Shown here: positions 55,477 through 64,000 of the stretch, one piece after another
Position numbering within the stretch: the stretch's first letter is position 1
How the letters are laid out: each line of letters begins with the position of its first letter
IMG/VR virus record: IMGVR_UViG_3300025936_000002
Location: 1-64,000 of that record
Source: a virus
Lineage: Duplodnaviria; Caudoviricetes
Strand: one strand, 5' to 3'
DNA: 64,000 bases
Notes under the pieces: generated by a model
Database searches by the model: none
What the model saw: the letters and a program-made list of their open reading frames with translations, nothing else
Told to the model about the DNA's origin: nothing
Position numbers and translations under genes: made by a program

Positions 55477-55486
55477 CCTCAAGGGC

Positions 55487-55729
55487 ATGACCGTCGGTGT
55501 TGCGCCTGGAACCACGACCATCCACCTTGGCTTGGGCGAACCCAACAAGCAGTTGGTGCTGCACAACCCATGGGTGTCTGGTGACGTCGCCTTGGGGGCG
55601 ATTCAGACCAAGGCCAAGATCCGATGGGACATCATCGGGGTCATCGGCGGAGGATCCCTGATCATAGCCCTTGCAGCCGGCCTTATCGCCAGCGCATTCG
55701 AGGCGGGCTCTGACAGACGGACGACGTAA
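55487..55729 (+). CDS. Tail-anchored protein sharing its N-terminal decapeptide with the large capsid protein
   Basis: TVGVAPGTTT is identical; HLGLG motif; C-terminal TM. Confidence 0.7.
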   Translation: MTVGVAPGTTTIHLGLGEPNKQLVLHNPWVSGDVALGAIQTKAKIRWDIIGVIGGGSLIIALAAGLIASAFEAGSDRRTT

Positions 55730-55739
55730 ACTTGGAGCC

Positions 55740-56108
55740 ATGAATGAGCACAGAGTCAAGGTCGATGGTGGAAAGTACGAATTCGTAGAAGGCTATGTGA
55801 TATCCGTGCTCAGGCACGGCAAGCCTTACGTCGATGACCTCGCAGCACCCAACGCGATAGCAGCGATGATGGCTGAATTGGACGCCGCGCGGCTAGTCCT
55901 CGAACGGGTTAGCGACTTTGTGGTAGTCGAGACGCTCAATGGACGAGGAGGGGGCTTGGCACCGCTGCGCCAAGTCCTCGCTCGGCATGAGGCGCTTGTC
56001 GGCCAACCTATGAAGCCGAGCCCTTGGGCTCGGCCGGAGTGCCTATGCGCAGGTGGCGATAGCGGCTGCCACGAGCCGGATTGTGATCGTCAAGGGGGCA
56101 AGAAATGA
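55740..56108 (+). CDS. Hypothetical phage protein
   Basis: DGGKYEFV...LRHGKPY N-terminus; GGAG RBS. Confidence 0.55.
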   Translation: MNEHRVKVDGGKYEFVEGYVISVLRHGKPYVDDLAAPNAIAAMMAELDAARLVLERVSDFVVVETLNGRGGGLAPLRQVLARHEALVGQPMKPSPWARPECLCAGGDSGCHEPDCDRQGGKK

Positions 56109-56809
56109 GTGATCAGAGGGCAGCGCCTGATTGCGCTGTGCCGACTCAGCTCGACAAGCCAGGGGCGGCAGACGTGCCGTTCCCGGTCACCGTGCTGGCG
56201 ACGTCGGACCTGTCTGCACCCGAGACCGAGCACCCCTGCTGTCGTGGCGTCGGCGGGCACGAGACATGGTGCGACATGCCGACGTCGCTCAAGGTCGCCA
56301 CCCCCTCGCTCGACCCACCCAAGATCACGCCCGAGCTTGCCGCCCAGCTGGCCGACGAGGGCGCGCGGGCCAGCAACGAGTACCTGCGCCGGACGCGTCT
56401 GATGCTCGGGCCGCCGCAAAGCTTGGCTGAACTGCAGGCTAGGATCGCCCTCGAGCGAAAGGTTGAGATCGCCGCCCACGATGCTGAAGTGGCGCAGCTC
56501 CGGGATGCGTTGGACAAGGTCCATGCGTTGCTCCGCGAAGCTGACAGCCGCGCCGTCGAGTGGGCACGCTTGATCAGCTTGCTAGGTCAGCAGGCCAAAG
56601 AACTGGTCATGTATCTTGGCGGCGCTACGTGCGGTAGCGCGACTGGCGACCTCCAGGAATCGGTGCACCTCGTAGGTGACCTAAAGCGCGCGCTGGCGAA
56701 GATGGATCGAAGCCGCGATTACTGGGCTGGCAAGGTGGTAGCGCTGCAGGCGCGTCTGCCGCACAAGGCGAAGAAACCAGCGCGCAAGGCAAGGCGTGCA
56801 AGGAGCTAA
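56105..56809 (+). CDS. Hypothetical coiled-coil protein
   Basis: ATGA overlap; heptad-rich C-terminal half. Confidence 0.55.
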   Translation: MSDQRAAPDCAVPTQLDKPGAADVPFPVTVLATSDLSAPETEHPCCRGVGGHETWCDMPTSLKVATPSLDPPKITPELAAQLADEGARASNEYLRRTRLMLGPPQSLAELQARIALERKVEIAAHDAEVAQLRDALDKVHALLREADSRAVEWARLISLLGQQAKELVMYLGGATCGSATGDLQESVHLVGDLKRALAKMDRSRDYWAGKVVALQARLPHKAKKPARKARRARS

Positions 56810-56950
56810 AAGATGCCATGGTGTACCACCTGCAATTTGGCCAAATCGGCTGCACCTGGTTTCAACTTGGTTGCCGTTGCGCACGTCGATCTATCGGGGC
56901 GAAAGCCGAGCGGCGGGCTGTGGTCGGGGTCGAGATACTACGCTCACAAA

Positions 56951-57211
56951 CGATGCACCTGATGAGGACCACCGTTCGGAACGGGCGCATCGTCGTTGGC
57001 GAACCCACCCACCAGGTTGCCCGAGGGGTACGAGTTCGAACTCTGCGTCCTGAACGACGACGGCATGAGCGAGGAGGAGCACCAGCGCCTGCATGCATCG
57101 ATCGCACGCGGCATCCGTGATGGGCGCGCCGGGCGTGAGGTGGACCTCGACAGCTTCGTGGAGCAACTCGACGTAGAACCCGTGAAGGTTGTCATGACCG
57201 AGGAGGCCTAG
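56951..57211 (+). pseudogene. Frameshifted antitoxin remnant
   Basis: RTTVRNGRIVVGEPT in one frame continues as LPEGYEFEL...EEHQRLHASIARG in another; resembles antitoxins paired with RelE/ParE. Confidence 0.55.
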
Positions 57212-57480
57212 CGCCAGGCGCGCGCCGAACGCAAGCGGTGGCGCAAACCGGACGCCAAAGCAGCTCTTCACGCAAGAGCTGCGGTCAGCGCGGCACATCT
57301 CGCGCGCGGACCGCAGCACGAGATCACGGTCCCTTCGACGGTCAGCCCGTGCGGCGGCCATTTGCTCGAGAAGACGCGCTGCCACCTCTACTGCCGTCAT
57401 GTCGAAGTAAGAGAAATTCGTTCGGATCTTCGCTGTCTCGGGCGCGATGAGACGGGGCCCCTGGTCGATCGAGCCGCTGA
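57182..57480 (+). pseudogene. Decayed RelE/ParE-family toxin
   Basis: VKVVMTEEA*RQARAERKRWR...QLFTQEL...GQPVRR...LLEKTRCHLY...VRIFAV spread over several frames, with an in-frame TAG. Confidence 0.55.
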
Positions 57481-57817
57481 GCCGCGTGTAAGCTGATGAC
57501 ACCTTGGGTAGCTAAGTAGCTGAAAGGAGGGCCAAATTGAATTTGAAAGTTTGGTCCCTAGGACGCCTGAGAACGCTAACTATCTCGTGCACTTGCAACG
57601 ATCACATCCCGGTTGCGCGGGTGGTTCGTTCTGGTTGGTCCTCGCTGACCCTGGCACTCTTGGTTGTCGTGGCAGCTACGTGGCAGGGGGAGGGGAAGCA
57701 CCGACCACGTTTGTATTTACGGTTACATCTGTAAGGCTGCGCCGATGGATGTAACCCGGTCGCGCTGAGTGTTCCAGCGCGCCCTTACCGCGCTGATCTA
57801 CGAGGCCCGAAAAACAA

Positions 57818-57843
57818 AGGGTCGCTTCATCGGAAGCGACCCT
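57818..57843. terminator. Bidirectional intrinsic terminator
   Basis: Perfect 10-bp stem agggtcgctt/aagcgaccct with an A-rich left flank and T-rich right flank. Confidence 0.75.
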
Positions 57844-57931
57844 GTTTGTTTGATTAATTTGCGCTTCTAAGGGGAGCGCTACCCATTCATATCAGTATCG
57901 TGGTCTCGTGTGATGACGTTGTCAACACGCC

Positions 57932-58400
57932 TCACGTCATTCCCGCCCAACCAGCGATAACTCCAAACTTTTCTCGGGGTACAGCCTCGATCGAGGAACG
58001 GCCGTCGTTACCGCGACGCACAAGCCGAACCGACTGAGGGCTGACAGTTTGGACTCTGTCCAAGAACTTCGCCGAGTGGGTACAAACCACGACCTGCGCC
58101 CCCGGGTGATCGCCGTGCGGCTTCGACAGGTCGTGGACCGCCGCAACGAGGTTGCTGATGCTTGACGGGTGGACGCCGTTTTCGGGCTCTTCGACGCACA
58201 ACAAACTGTGCGCCGTGGACCCGTAAACGAGCGACATATACGCGAGCAACAAGATCGTCCCATCGCTTTCAAGGTCTGCAGGAATAGGACTACCCGACGA
58301 GGACATAACTAGATTGATGCGCTTGCGAAGGTGCTCTCCCTCGGGACCCTCCATGCGCTCAAGCGGTAGAAGGATATCCGTCACATGCGGGCATGCAGCC
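57932..58400 (-). pseudogene. C-terminal fragment of an ABC/AAA_21-type ATPase
   Basis: ESDGT signature, Walker B CVEEPENGVHP and H-loop CTHS; no Walker A upstream. Confidence 0.7.
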
Positions 58401-58460
58401 CGGAAGCGATCGAGGAGGTAATCCCTGCGTCGATCGCAGGCGCTCCGACGGCGCCCTCTA

Positions 58461-58823
58461 CTATGTAAACAGAACGAAGAAGGCCGCAGCCATACGCGCA
58501 AGACGCTTGGTTTGGGCTACGTTTACTCGCCGCACCAATTCCTCCGACATCTGTAGTCCGCAGCGTCCGTCTGGTAATAGATCGAATCGACCAATATAGC
58601 ATCCATCTTGAGGCGGTAGGGCATTGAATCCTTGCATGAAGGCTTGCAAGACACCCTGCAGGCTTGGTTGATCGATCCACGTCGATGGATCTTCGGCTAC
58701 CCATGTTGCGCCATCGCGTCTCTCTAGGTTGAAGTTGGAGGCTGCTTTGATGATGCGGTAGTCGCCGTGGATTTCACCGGGATGCCGCTGAATTTTGAGG
58801 GTTACGATTTGTTGCTTGGCCAT
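58461..58823 (-). CDS. Hypothetical protein
   Basis: 120-aa ORF divergent from the next membrane gene. Confidence 0.5.
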   Translation of the reverse strand: MAKQQIVTLKIQRHPGEIHGDYRIIKAASNFNLERRDGATWVAEDPSTWIDQPSLQGVLQAFMQGFNALPPQDGCYIGRFDLLPDGRCGLQMSEELVRRVNVAQTKRLARMAAAFFVLFT

Positions 58824-58871
58824 TTCGAGCCCGAGTTTAACGCCTAGGCCTGTCGTGGTACGCTCTTAGAC

Positions 58872-59414
58872 ATGGCGCTCGGCGTTGTTTTGACTCCCTA
58901 CGGACACATCCCAGGATCGTTCCCGACAGCCGTAGACTTCGATCACAGAAGGGCCGAGACGTTCAGGTCTCCCTTCGATCCTAGGTGGTACGAGCGAGGC
59001 GAAGCCGGTATGTACTACGATACGCAGCTCGGAGCGACACCCACTGACTTCGAGCTCTCGCGGAAGATCGGCTTCATGCCGATCAAGACGGGATGGGTCG
59101 TCACGAAGCAGGGCTACCTACCCGGTCGGTGGTATCCCCCCGATGGGGGTTGGCCGGGCCAGCCGGCCCTCACTCGCTCCAAGGTGGTCCCCTTCGACCG
59201 CTACTCGCTGCGGGGGCTCGGCGAGCCCGAGCCTCAACCGATCCCACTACCGCCGCCTGCAACCGCGGATGACGTCTTGGCCGTGATGGCAGCCCATAAC
59301 GATCGCGTCTTCGCCTTGGCTTTGGTCTCCACCACAGCCGTGACCATCTCTGCCCTGATCACGCTTCTACGGACGCTCAAGCTCCTACGAGAGGGTCGCT
59401 CACGTGGCGAATAA
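58872..59414 (+). CDS. Tail-anchored membrane protein with LRGLG motif
   Basis: SLRGLG, Pro linker and C-terminal TM. Confidence 0.7.
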   Translation: MALGVVLTPYGHIPGSFPTAVDFDHRRAETFRSPFDPRWYERGEAGMYYDTQLGATPTDFELSRKIGFMPIKTGWVVTKQGYLPGRWYPPDGGWPGQPALTRSKVVPFDRYSLRGLGEPEPQPIPLPPPATADDVLAVMAAHNDRVFALALVSTTAVTISALITLLRTLKLLREGRSRGE

Positions 59415-59653
59415 CTCAATTCCAGGACGCGAAATCAGTCGGCAAATCAAGGCCGAATACACGCTAATCGAGCACGCACCTGCCGGCCATCAAACCGAGG
59501 GCTGCAAATTCCTCGAGACCAGTTGCGTCGACAGTTGCCCCAGGATGTACCGCATCGACAACGCACATCCTAGCTTCGCAGAAGTCCAAGCTGGATTGGA
59601 CTGCGGCGATCGATCGGTCATCTTTTGTTACCATCACGTTGACGCTCAAGCTC

Positions 59654-60397
59654 CTACGTGAGGGGTCGCGCTACAGAGTACCTGCATATCGGTCGAGACA
59701 TATGGCCCGTAACAACGCGGGTATCGCAGGCGATCTTCCGTCCCTGCGCTTTCATCTGGCGGCAGAATTCAACATCTTCACTGCGGCCTTGCTGATTCGG
59801 TCCGGCCTCGACAAAACGAAACGAAGCCTCCCCGACGGCATGAAGGTTGATTGCCATAATCGCCGTTGCTGCGGCATCGATCGGGACAAGACCTCTAGGC
59901 TCGGGCTCTAGATCGATCTGTTCGATCGGCAGTAGCCAATTATCTGCTACACGCAGACGGTAAACCATTGGTAATGTCGCGTTGAGACGCCCAACGACAG
60001 GAGCTGCGACGACGTCGAAGCCTGCAGCATCGGCATCGTCGATCATGCTGAGAAGCGCCCAACCACCAGATTGACCACTCAGGTCGCGTTGGACGAAGAC
60101 GTCTGCGTCGAGCATCAGGAGCCAATCGGCATCAGCAGTCATGGCTGTAGCCAAGGCCATGTTCCTGGCGCGGTCGACAGGGTTGATATCCCACGTGTTG
60201 ACTTGAATCAACCTGAAGCGCTCCTTGCGATCTTGTAGAGAGCCGCCGAGCGTGAGCCACATCAAGGCTTGGTTGGAGGTGACTTGACCGCCATAGGCGA
60301 TCAAGGCGATAGCGAGATCGATACGCTGCGATTCCATTATCGTGTCTCCATAAGCATTTTGACCCATCCCAACGAAGGTCTGTAGTGCGCCGTGCAT
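59654..60397 (-). CDS. Glycosyltransferase family 2-like protein
   Basis: ARNMA, WLLMLDAD (DxD), SEDVEFC and DTRVVTGHM. Confidence 0.8.
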   Translation of the reverse strand: MHGALQTFVGMGQNAYGDTIMESQRIDLAIALIAYGGQVTSNQALMWLTLGGSLQDRKERFRLIQVNTWDINPVDRARNMALATAMTADADWLLMLDADVFVQRDLSGQSGGWALLSMIDDADAAGFDVVAAPVVGRLNATLPMVYRLRVADNWLLPIEQIDLEPEPRGLVPIDAAATAIMAINLHAVGEASFRFVEAGPNQQGRSEDVEFCRQMKAQGRKIACDTRVVTGHMSRPICRYSVARPLT

Positions 60398-60723
60398 GAA
60401 GTGATCGCCCGCCGAAGATCGATAGCCAGTGTTTCAGCTTTTTCGCGACCTCGACGAAGATTTTCTCTGCGACGAGAATCTACTAGGGCCTCTGTAATAG
60501 CATAGTTAGCTCTACCTTGTAGTTCCCATGTAGGTTCGGTTACGTCCATATCGACGGCATCCAACGTGCGTAGAGTGCCTTGAAAGCACTTTGTTTGCGC
60601 CGTAATCGCAAGCCGCCAAATGCGATCTCTATCGTCGCAATCAGTAGCTCGAATAGCCGCCGCAGTAGCATAGATCCCGATGAGACCCGAACACGATCGA
60701 TAGATTGATGTACTCGCGATCTG

Positions 60724-61285
60724 TCACAGCGCGGTTCCAACGAATGCATCTTTGACGATGCCAAACAATTCTGCAGAGGACAACTGAAACCGATCGAAGC
60801 CATAATGAAAGTCTACTCCGCGTCGACAAACGCTGTTTGCATGAATCGCCGATTCCTGAATCTTACGTATCACTGTGATGACTATACCGCTACAAGGTGT
60901 GTGATGATATTCGAGCGCCGGCATCGTGTACTCGTCGCCGGCTGAGTAGCGCTCCACGCCTCGCATGTAGACGTTGACGTCTGCGACCGGATAGCTCTCT
61001 CGGCCACCCTTGTCGCTGCGTGGTCCGTTGTGGCTGATCAGCACGTGGGATCCGGTGCCTGGCTTCACGACCTCTAGATCGCATCGCTGGTTGACCTGGA
61101 TGCCCTTTAGAACGCGCGAGGTGAACGAGAACCTGTGATTTGTGGATCGCCGAGTGCTCGTAGCAGTTTCGACGCGGCAAGTCAGGGTGCCACACGTGCA
61201 AGCGCTGATTGCCGTCGAGCTTGACTTGGATTAACCCAAGCCCATGGAGCGAGATCGTTTCAGCAGTAGGGGTGAAATCTTTCAT
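60724..61285 (-). pseudogene. Cupin-fold protein split by a 1-nt frameshift (or a sequencing error)
   Basis: Removing one T at 61139-61141 joins RLHVWHP...AIH to NHRFSFTSRVLKG...YH, a cupin His motif. Confidence 0.65.
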
Positions 61286-61321
61286 TGCTGCACGATACCT
61301 CCCCTTGGTATAGCTGTGGCT

Positions 61322-61627
61322 ATGGCCACGGCTGCGCTCCCCACTTATAAAACGGCTGCCCACGTCCTCGAACGAGACAAGGGATCCGGTGTGCGGCTCC
61401 TGGGATGGACTGTGGCCCGAACGCTACTGATCGCTCCGCCGTTCATGGTCGTAGGCGTTCCTGCGAAGCAGGCCTTCATTGGGGCCGGAATCGCGAGTGG
61501 CTTGATCAGCTTGTTCACGCTGCTTCGCATCTTCGATGCGCGGCAGACTGGCTTAGCTGGACTCAGGCGACCGCAGGCGGATCGCCACGGTCGCCGTCGT
61601 CTGCCCCCGCGTCCCGTCCGAAGGTAA
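61322..61627 (+). CDS. Membrane protein with GLAGL motif and basic tail
   Basis: Two hydrophobic segments, then TGLAGLRR and an Arg-rich end. Confidence 0.6.
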   Translation: MATAALPTYKTAAHVLERDKGSGVRLLGWTVARTLLIAPPFMVVGVPAKQAFIGAGIASGLISLFTLLRIFDARQTGLAGLRRPQADRHGRRRLPPRPVRR

Positions 61628-61886
61628 ACCAGGCGAACGTCAAGAATAGGGCCGCCGGCCAAACGGCGCCCGCCGCGGCTCCAACAAGCATTCCAAGCGC
61701 CACCGAGAAGGCTAACGGCGCATGTTCTCGCCGCGCTGCGGTTGCTACGACAGCCCCCGCGACAAGGCTAGTTAGGCCTCCGATGATCGTATAGTTGTAT
61801 GCCCCTACATCAGGACGTACGCCGAAGATCGAGCCGTAGACGGAGGCAGCTAGAATGCAGACGATGGCTATAACCTTGAACCACAT
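61563..61886 (-). CDS. Three-TM membrane protein
   Basis: Three hydrophobic helices; overlaps the convergent gene. Confidence 0.5.
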   Translation of the reverse strand: MWFKVIAIVCILAASVYGSIFGVRPDVGAYNYTIIGGLTSLVAGAVVATAARREHAPLAFSVALGMLVGAAAGAVWPAALFLTFAWFTFGRDAGADDGDRGDPPAVA

Positions 61887-61912
61887 GCAGCCAAAGCTAG
61901 CATCCTAGGCTG

Positions 61913-63919
61913 TCAAGCTCGCGCACGACCATTCTTGGCCGGCTTGGTTGACGGTTTGGCGCTCGGAGGTGGGGGCGTCTCCTCTTCTTCATCGCCGTTG
62001 TCATCGTCGTCATCCTCGTTCTCTTCCTGCGGCCCTCGCTTCAAGATCTCGACGACGCCATCTCGGTACTTCTGTGGCGCATCGGGAACCAAGACGGAGA
62101 CGAACTCGGCAAGGAGACCCTGACCAAGCAGCTCGATCATGGCCGGAATCGGGATCTGTCGTTGCTGCGCCATCGTCGCGGCGATGACGATTACCTCAGC
62201 TGCACGATCGGGATGGATCCCAGGGACGTCTGTCGTCTTCTCGACGATCTTGCCGCTGGAGAGCATCTCCTCGGCTGCGTGGACAAACTCGGCAACCCCC
62301 TTGCGGAGATCGAGGACATCATCCAACGCAGGCCCAAACCACTCTTCGTCAGTGCGACCCCACAGCCGCGTCGGCTTGGTCGGTGGTTGGGGTGTTGCCT
62401 TGGTTGGCTCGGTAGGCTCCATAACGGGCGGCCCCGCCAAGGCCGGCGGCTGCGGGAACGCTGCGGGGTTGGCCGCACGCGCCTGGACTTCCATCACGTG
62501 AGCCTGGGCTTGGGCGATCGTGGCCTGCGCCTGCGCTTGCGCCACGGCCTCCTTCTGCTTCGCACCCACGAAGCGCTCGAGGAACTCCTTGACGTTGTCC
62601 ATGCCCTTGGTCACGGCATCGATCACACCACCGCCTTGCGGTTGCGTGTTGAGGGCAGTCTCCAGCACGCGTTGCTGCATATCGAGGACCGTGCTCGTCA
62701 TGCGCGTCGTCCGCTCGACGGCCTGCTCGACGCCTTGCTGGCTTTCGCGGGCGAGGGCAACCATCTCCCTCGGATTCATCATGAAGGCCTGGACGCGGGC
62801 CATGGCCGCGCTGTTTTCGCGAGCCATCTCCTTCAGAACCTCAGCGTGTTGCCGTTGATTCTCCGTCATCAACGTGATGAACGGGTCGGCCTTGCTCGAT
62901 GCATTTTGCATCTGCGTCATCATGTTCGTGATCATCGTCTGGAACTCACGTTGCATCGTCTCGATCTGGCGCTGAGTTGCCTCGTAGGCCCGCTTTGCCT
63001 CCTCGGCTTGGACGCGCATCTGCTCGCGGATCAAGGTCTCACGGCGTTCGGCCTCCTGCTCACGACGTTGGTTGTCTGTGTTGGTCTCGAGTCGACGATT
63101 GTGCTCCTTCAGCTCGTTGAACTGGGCTTGCATCGCGAGTAGCTCGGGCGATGGCCCCTTGGGTGTTGCAGCCTCTTTGAGGCTTGTCGCCAGGCTCGTC
63201 ATCATCGCTTCAAGCCGCTGGAAACGATCGTTGTTTGCTAGCCGCTCGCGTTCGAGCTCGGCCTTGTGTCGAGTCTCCAACGTCTCTCGCTCACGTCGCT
63301 CGTTCTCGTCGCGGAGCTTCTTGAGCTCCAACTCACGTTCACGGCGATCTGCCTCAGCCTGCCAAAGCGTATATTGCTGCGATCCAACCTGTGGCGGTGG
63401 TGGCATTGGGTAGCCGCCGGGGGCAGTTGGCGCGAATGGCGGCTGCGGAAACATGGGCGGCATGCGAGATCCCTGCGGTTGGGGGTTGGGGGCAGAAAAG
63501 ATGGTTGTGGTCTCGGGATTCACCGCGTCTTGAAGCGGTGGAGGAATCGTCTCTGGATACGTGTTCGTCGGGTAGAATGGCCGCCAAGTCATCTTCTGCG
63601 GCTGCTCGGACGAATCGACGACGCTGATCTCATAAAGGCCGCCGCCTGACCACTGTGTGACGAGGTAGCCCTCCAAGCGTCGAATCTCTTCCTTCGTGAA
63701 GCCCTCACCATTCTCGTGATTCGAGTCGGAGGGCCAAACTGGAATCGGCGATCGTTGATTGTTCTTGAGCCGATCGATCCGAACAGTTAGCGGCTCGTTC
63801 ATCGCCGCCAACTTCGCATCGTCGAACGTACCGTGGTTCTGCCGTGGTGCTGCAGCCATTGTTGGACGATGGTGGTCACGCCTCCAAGACGTGTCAAATT
63901 TGACGGTTGTAATCGTCAT
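61913..63919 (-). CDS. Large coiled-coil protein (Q/E/M-rich), possible scaffold/tape-measure
   Basis: Globular N-terminus, Pro-rich linker, roughly 300 aa of heptad-like helix, helical C-domain and acidic tail. Confidence 0.8.
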   Translation of the reverse strand: MTITTVKFDTSWRRDHHRPTMAAAPRQNHGTFDDAKLAAMNEPLTVRIDRLKNNQRSPIPVWPSDSNHENGEGFTKEEIRRLEGYLVTQWSGGGLYEISVVDSSEQPQKMTWRPFYPTNTYPETIPPPLQDAVNPETTTIFSAPNPQPQGSRMPPMFPQPPFAPTAPGGYPMPPPPQVGSQQYTLWQAEADRRERELELKKLRDENERRERETLETRHKAELERERLANNDRFQRLEAMMTSLATSLKEAATPKGPSPELLAMQAQFNELKEHNRRLETNTDNQRREQEAERRETLIREQMRVQAEEAKRAYEATQRQIETMQREFQTMITNMMTQMQNASSKADPFITLMTENQRQHAEVLKEMARENSAAMARVQAFMMNPREMVALARESQQGVEQAVERTTRMTSTVLDMQQRVLETALNTQPQGGGVIDAVTKGMDNVKEFLERFVGAKQKEAVAQAQAQATIAQAQAHVMEVQARAANPAAFPQPPALAGPPVMEPTEPTKATPQPPTKPTRLWGRTDEEWFGPALDDVLDLRKGVAEFVHAAEEMLSSGKIVEKTTDVPGIHPDRAAEVIVIAATMAQQRQIPIPAMIELLGQGLLAEFVSVLVPDAPQKYRDGVVEILKRGPQEENEDDDDDNGDEEEETPPPPSAKPSTKPAKNGRARA

Positions 63920-64000
63920 GGGCTACTAAACAATGCTAGGATGCCTCTACCAAGAGTTAAAAGCAGTCTTTTTGAGTCGTTACACGGCGTTCAGCAATCA

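Noticed and set aside
56900-58450. Provirus-host junction
   Set aside because: Virus-type membrane genes with the same GLG motif continue on both sides, and no att-like repeat was seen.
62139-63649. Long plus-strand ORFs opposite the coiled-coil gene
   Set aside because: Antisense open frames expected from high GC3 bias; no RBS or motifs.
1-64000. tRNA, rRNA or IS elements
   Set aside because: No cloverleaf with a T-loop signature, rRNA-like segment or transposase motif was recognised by eye; tRNAscan and ISEScan were not run.

Overview
This window is best read as a slice of one large GC-rich dsDNA bacteriophage or provirus. I see no rRNA, tRNA, CRISPR array or host housekeeping operon. Layout: (i) 1-10.4 kb replication/modification block (Sak4-like AAA ATPase, probable SSB, C5 cytosine MTase, family A DNA polymerase with an N-terminal UDG-like domain, Dam-like MTase); (ii) 10.5-12.2 kb small basic and tail-anchored membrane proteins; (iii) 12.3-28.3 kb leftward accessory region; (iv) 28.5-64 kb interleaved structural and accessory genes. 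The structural genes include two candidate single-jelly-roll capsid proteins (235 and 165 aa), a repeat-built fibre/spike, many C-terminally anchored membrane proteins and a transglutaminase-like Cys protease. This points to a tail-less, internal-membrane virus much larger than characterised relatives; that assignment is inferred from motifs and size, not from a search. The strongest discovery candidate is at 16.1-19.8 kb. A stand-alone Cas7/RAMP-like gene (18214-18798) lies in an operon whose intergenic spaces hold five arrays of 5-nt units (NN-CGA on the coding strand, variable NN), with a partner ORF, a 28-bp inverted repeat and a tyrosine recombinase. It looks like a non-CRISPR RNA-guided system with a non-contiguous guide code. 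A second candidate system is a recurrent (L/I/M)xGLG motif in many virion proteins, matching the adenain-type cleavage consensus and plausibly cut by the encoded transglutaminase-like protease. All family names are from recognised motifs and need HMM or structure confirmation.
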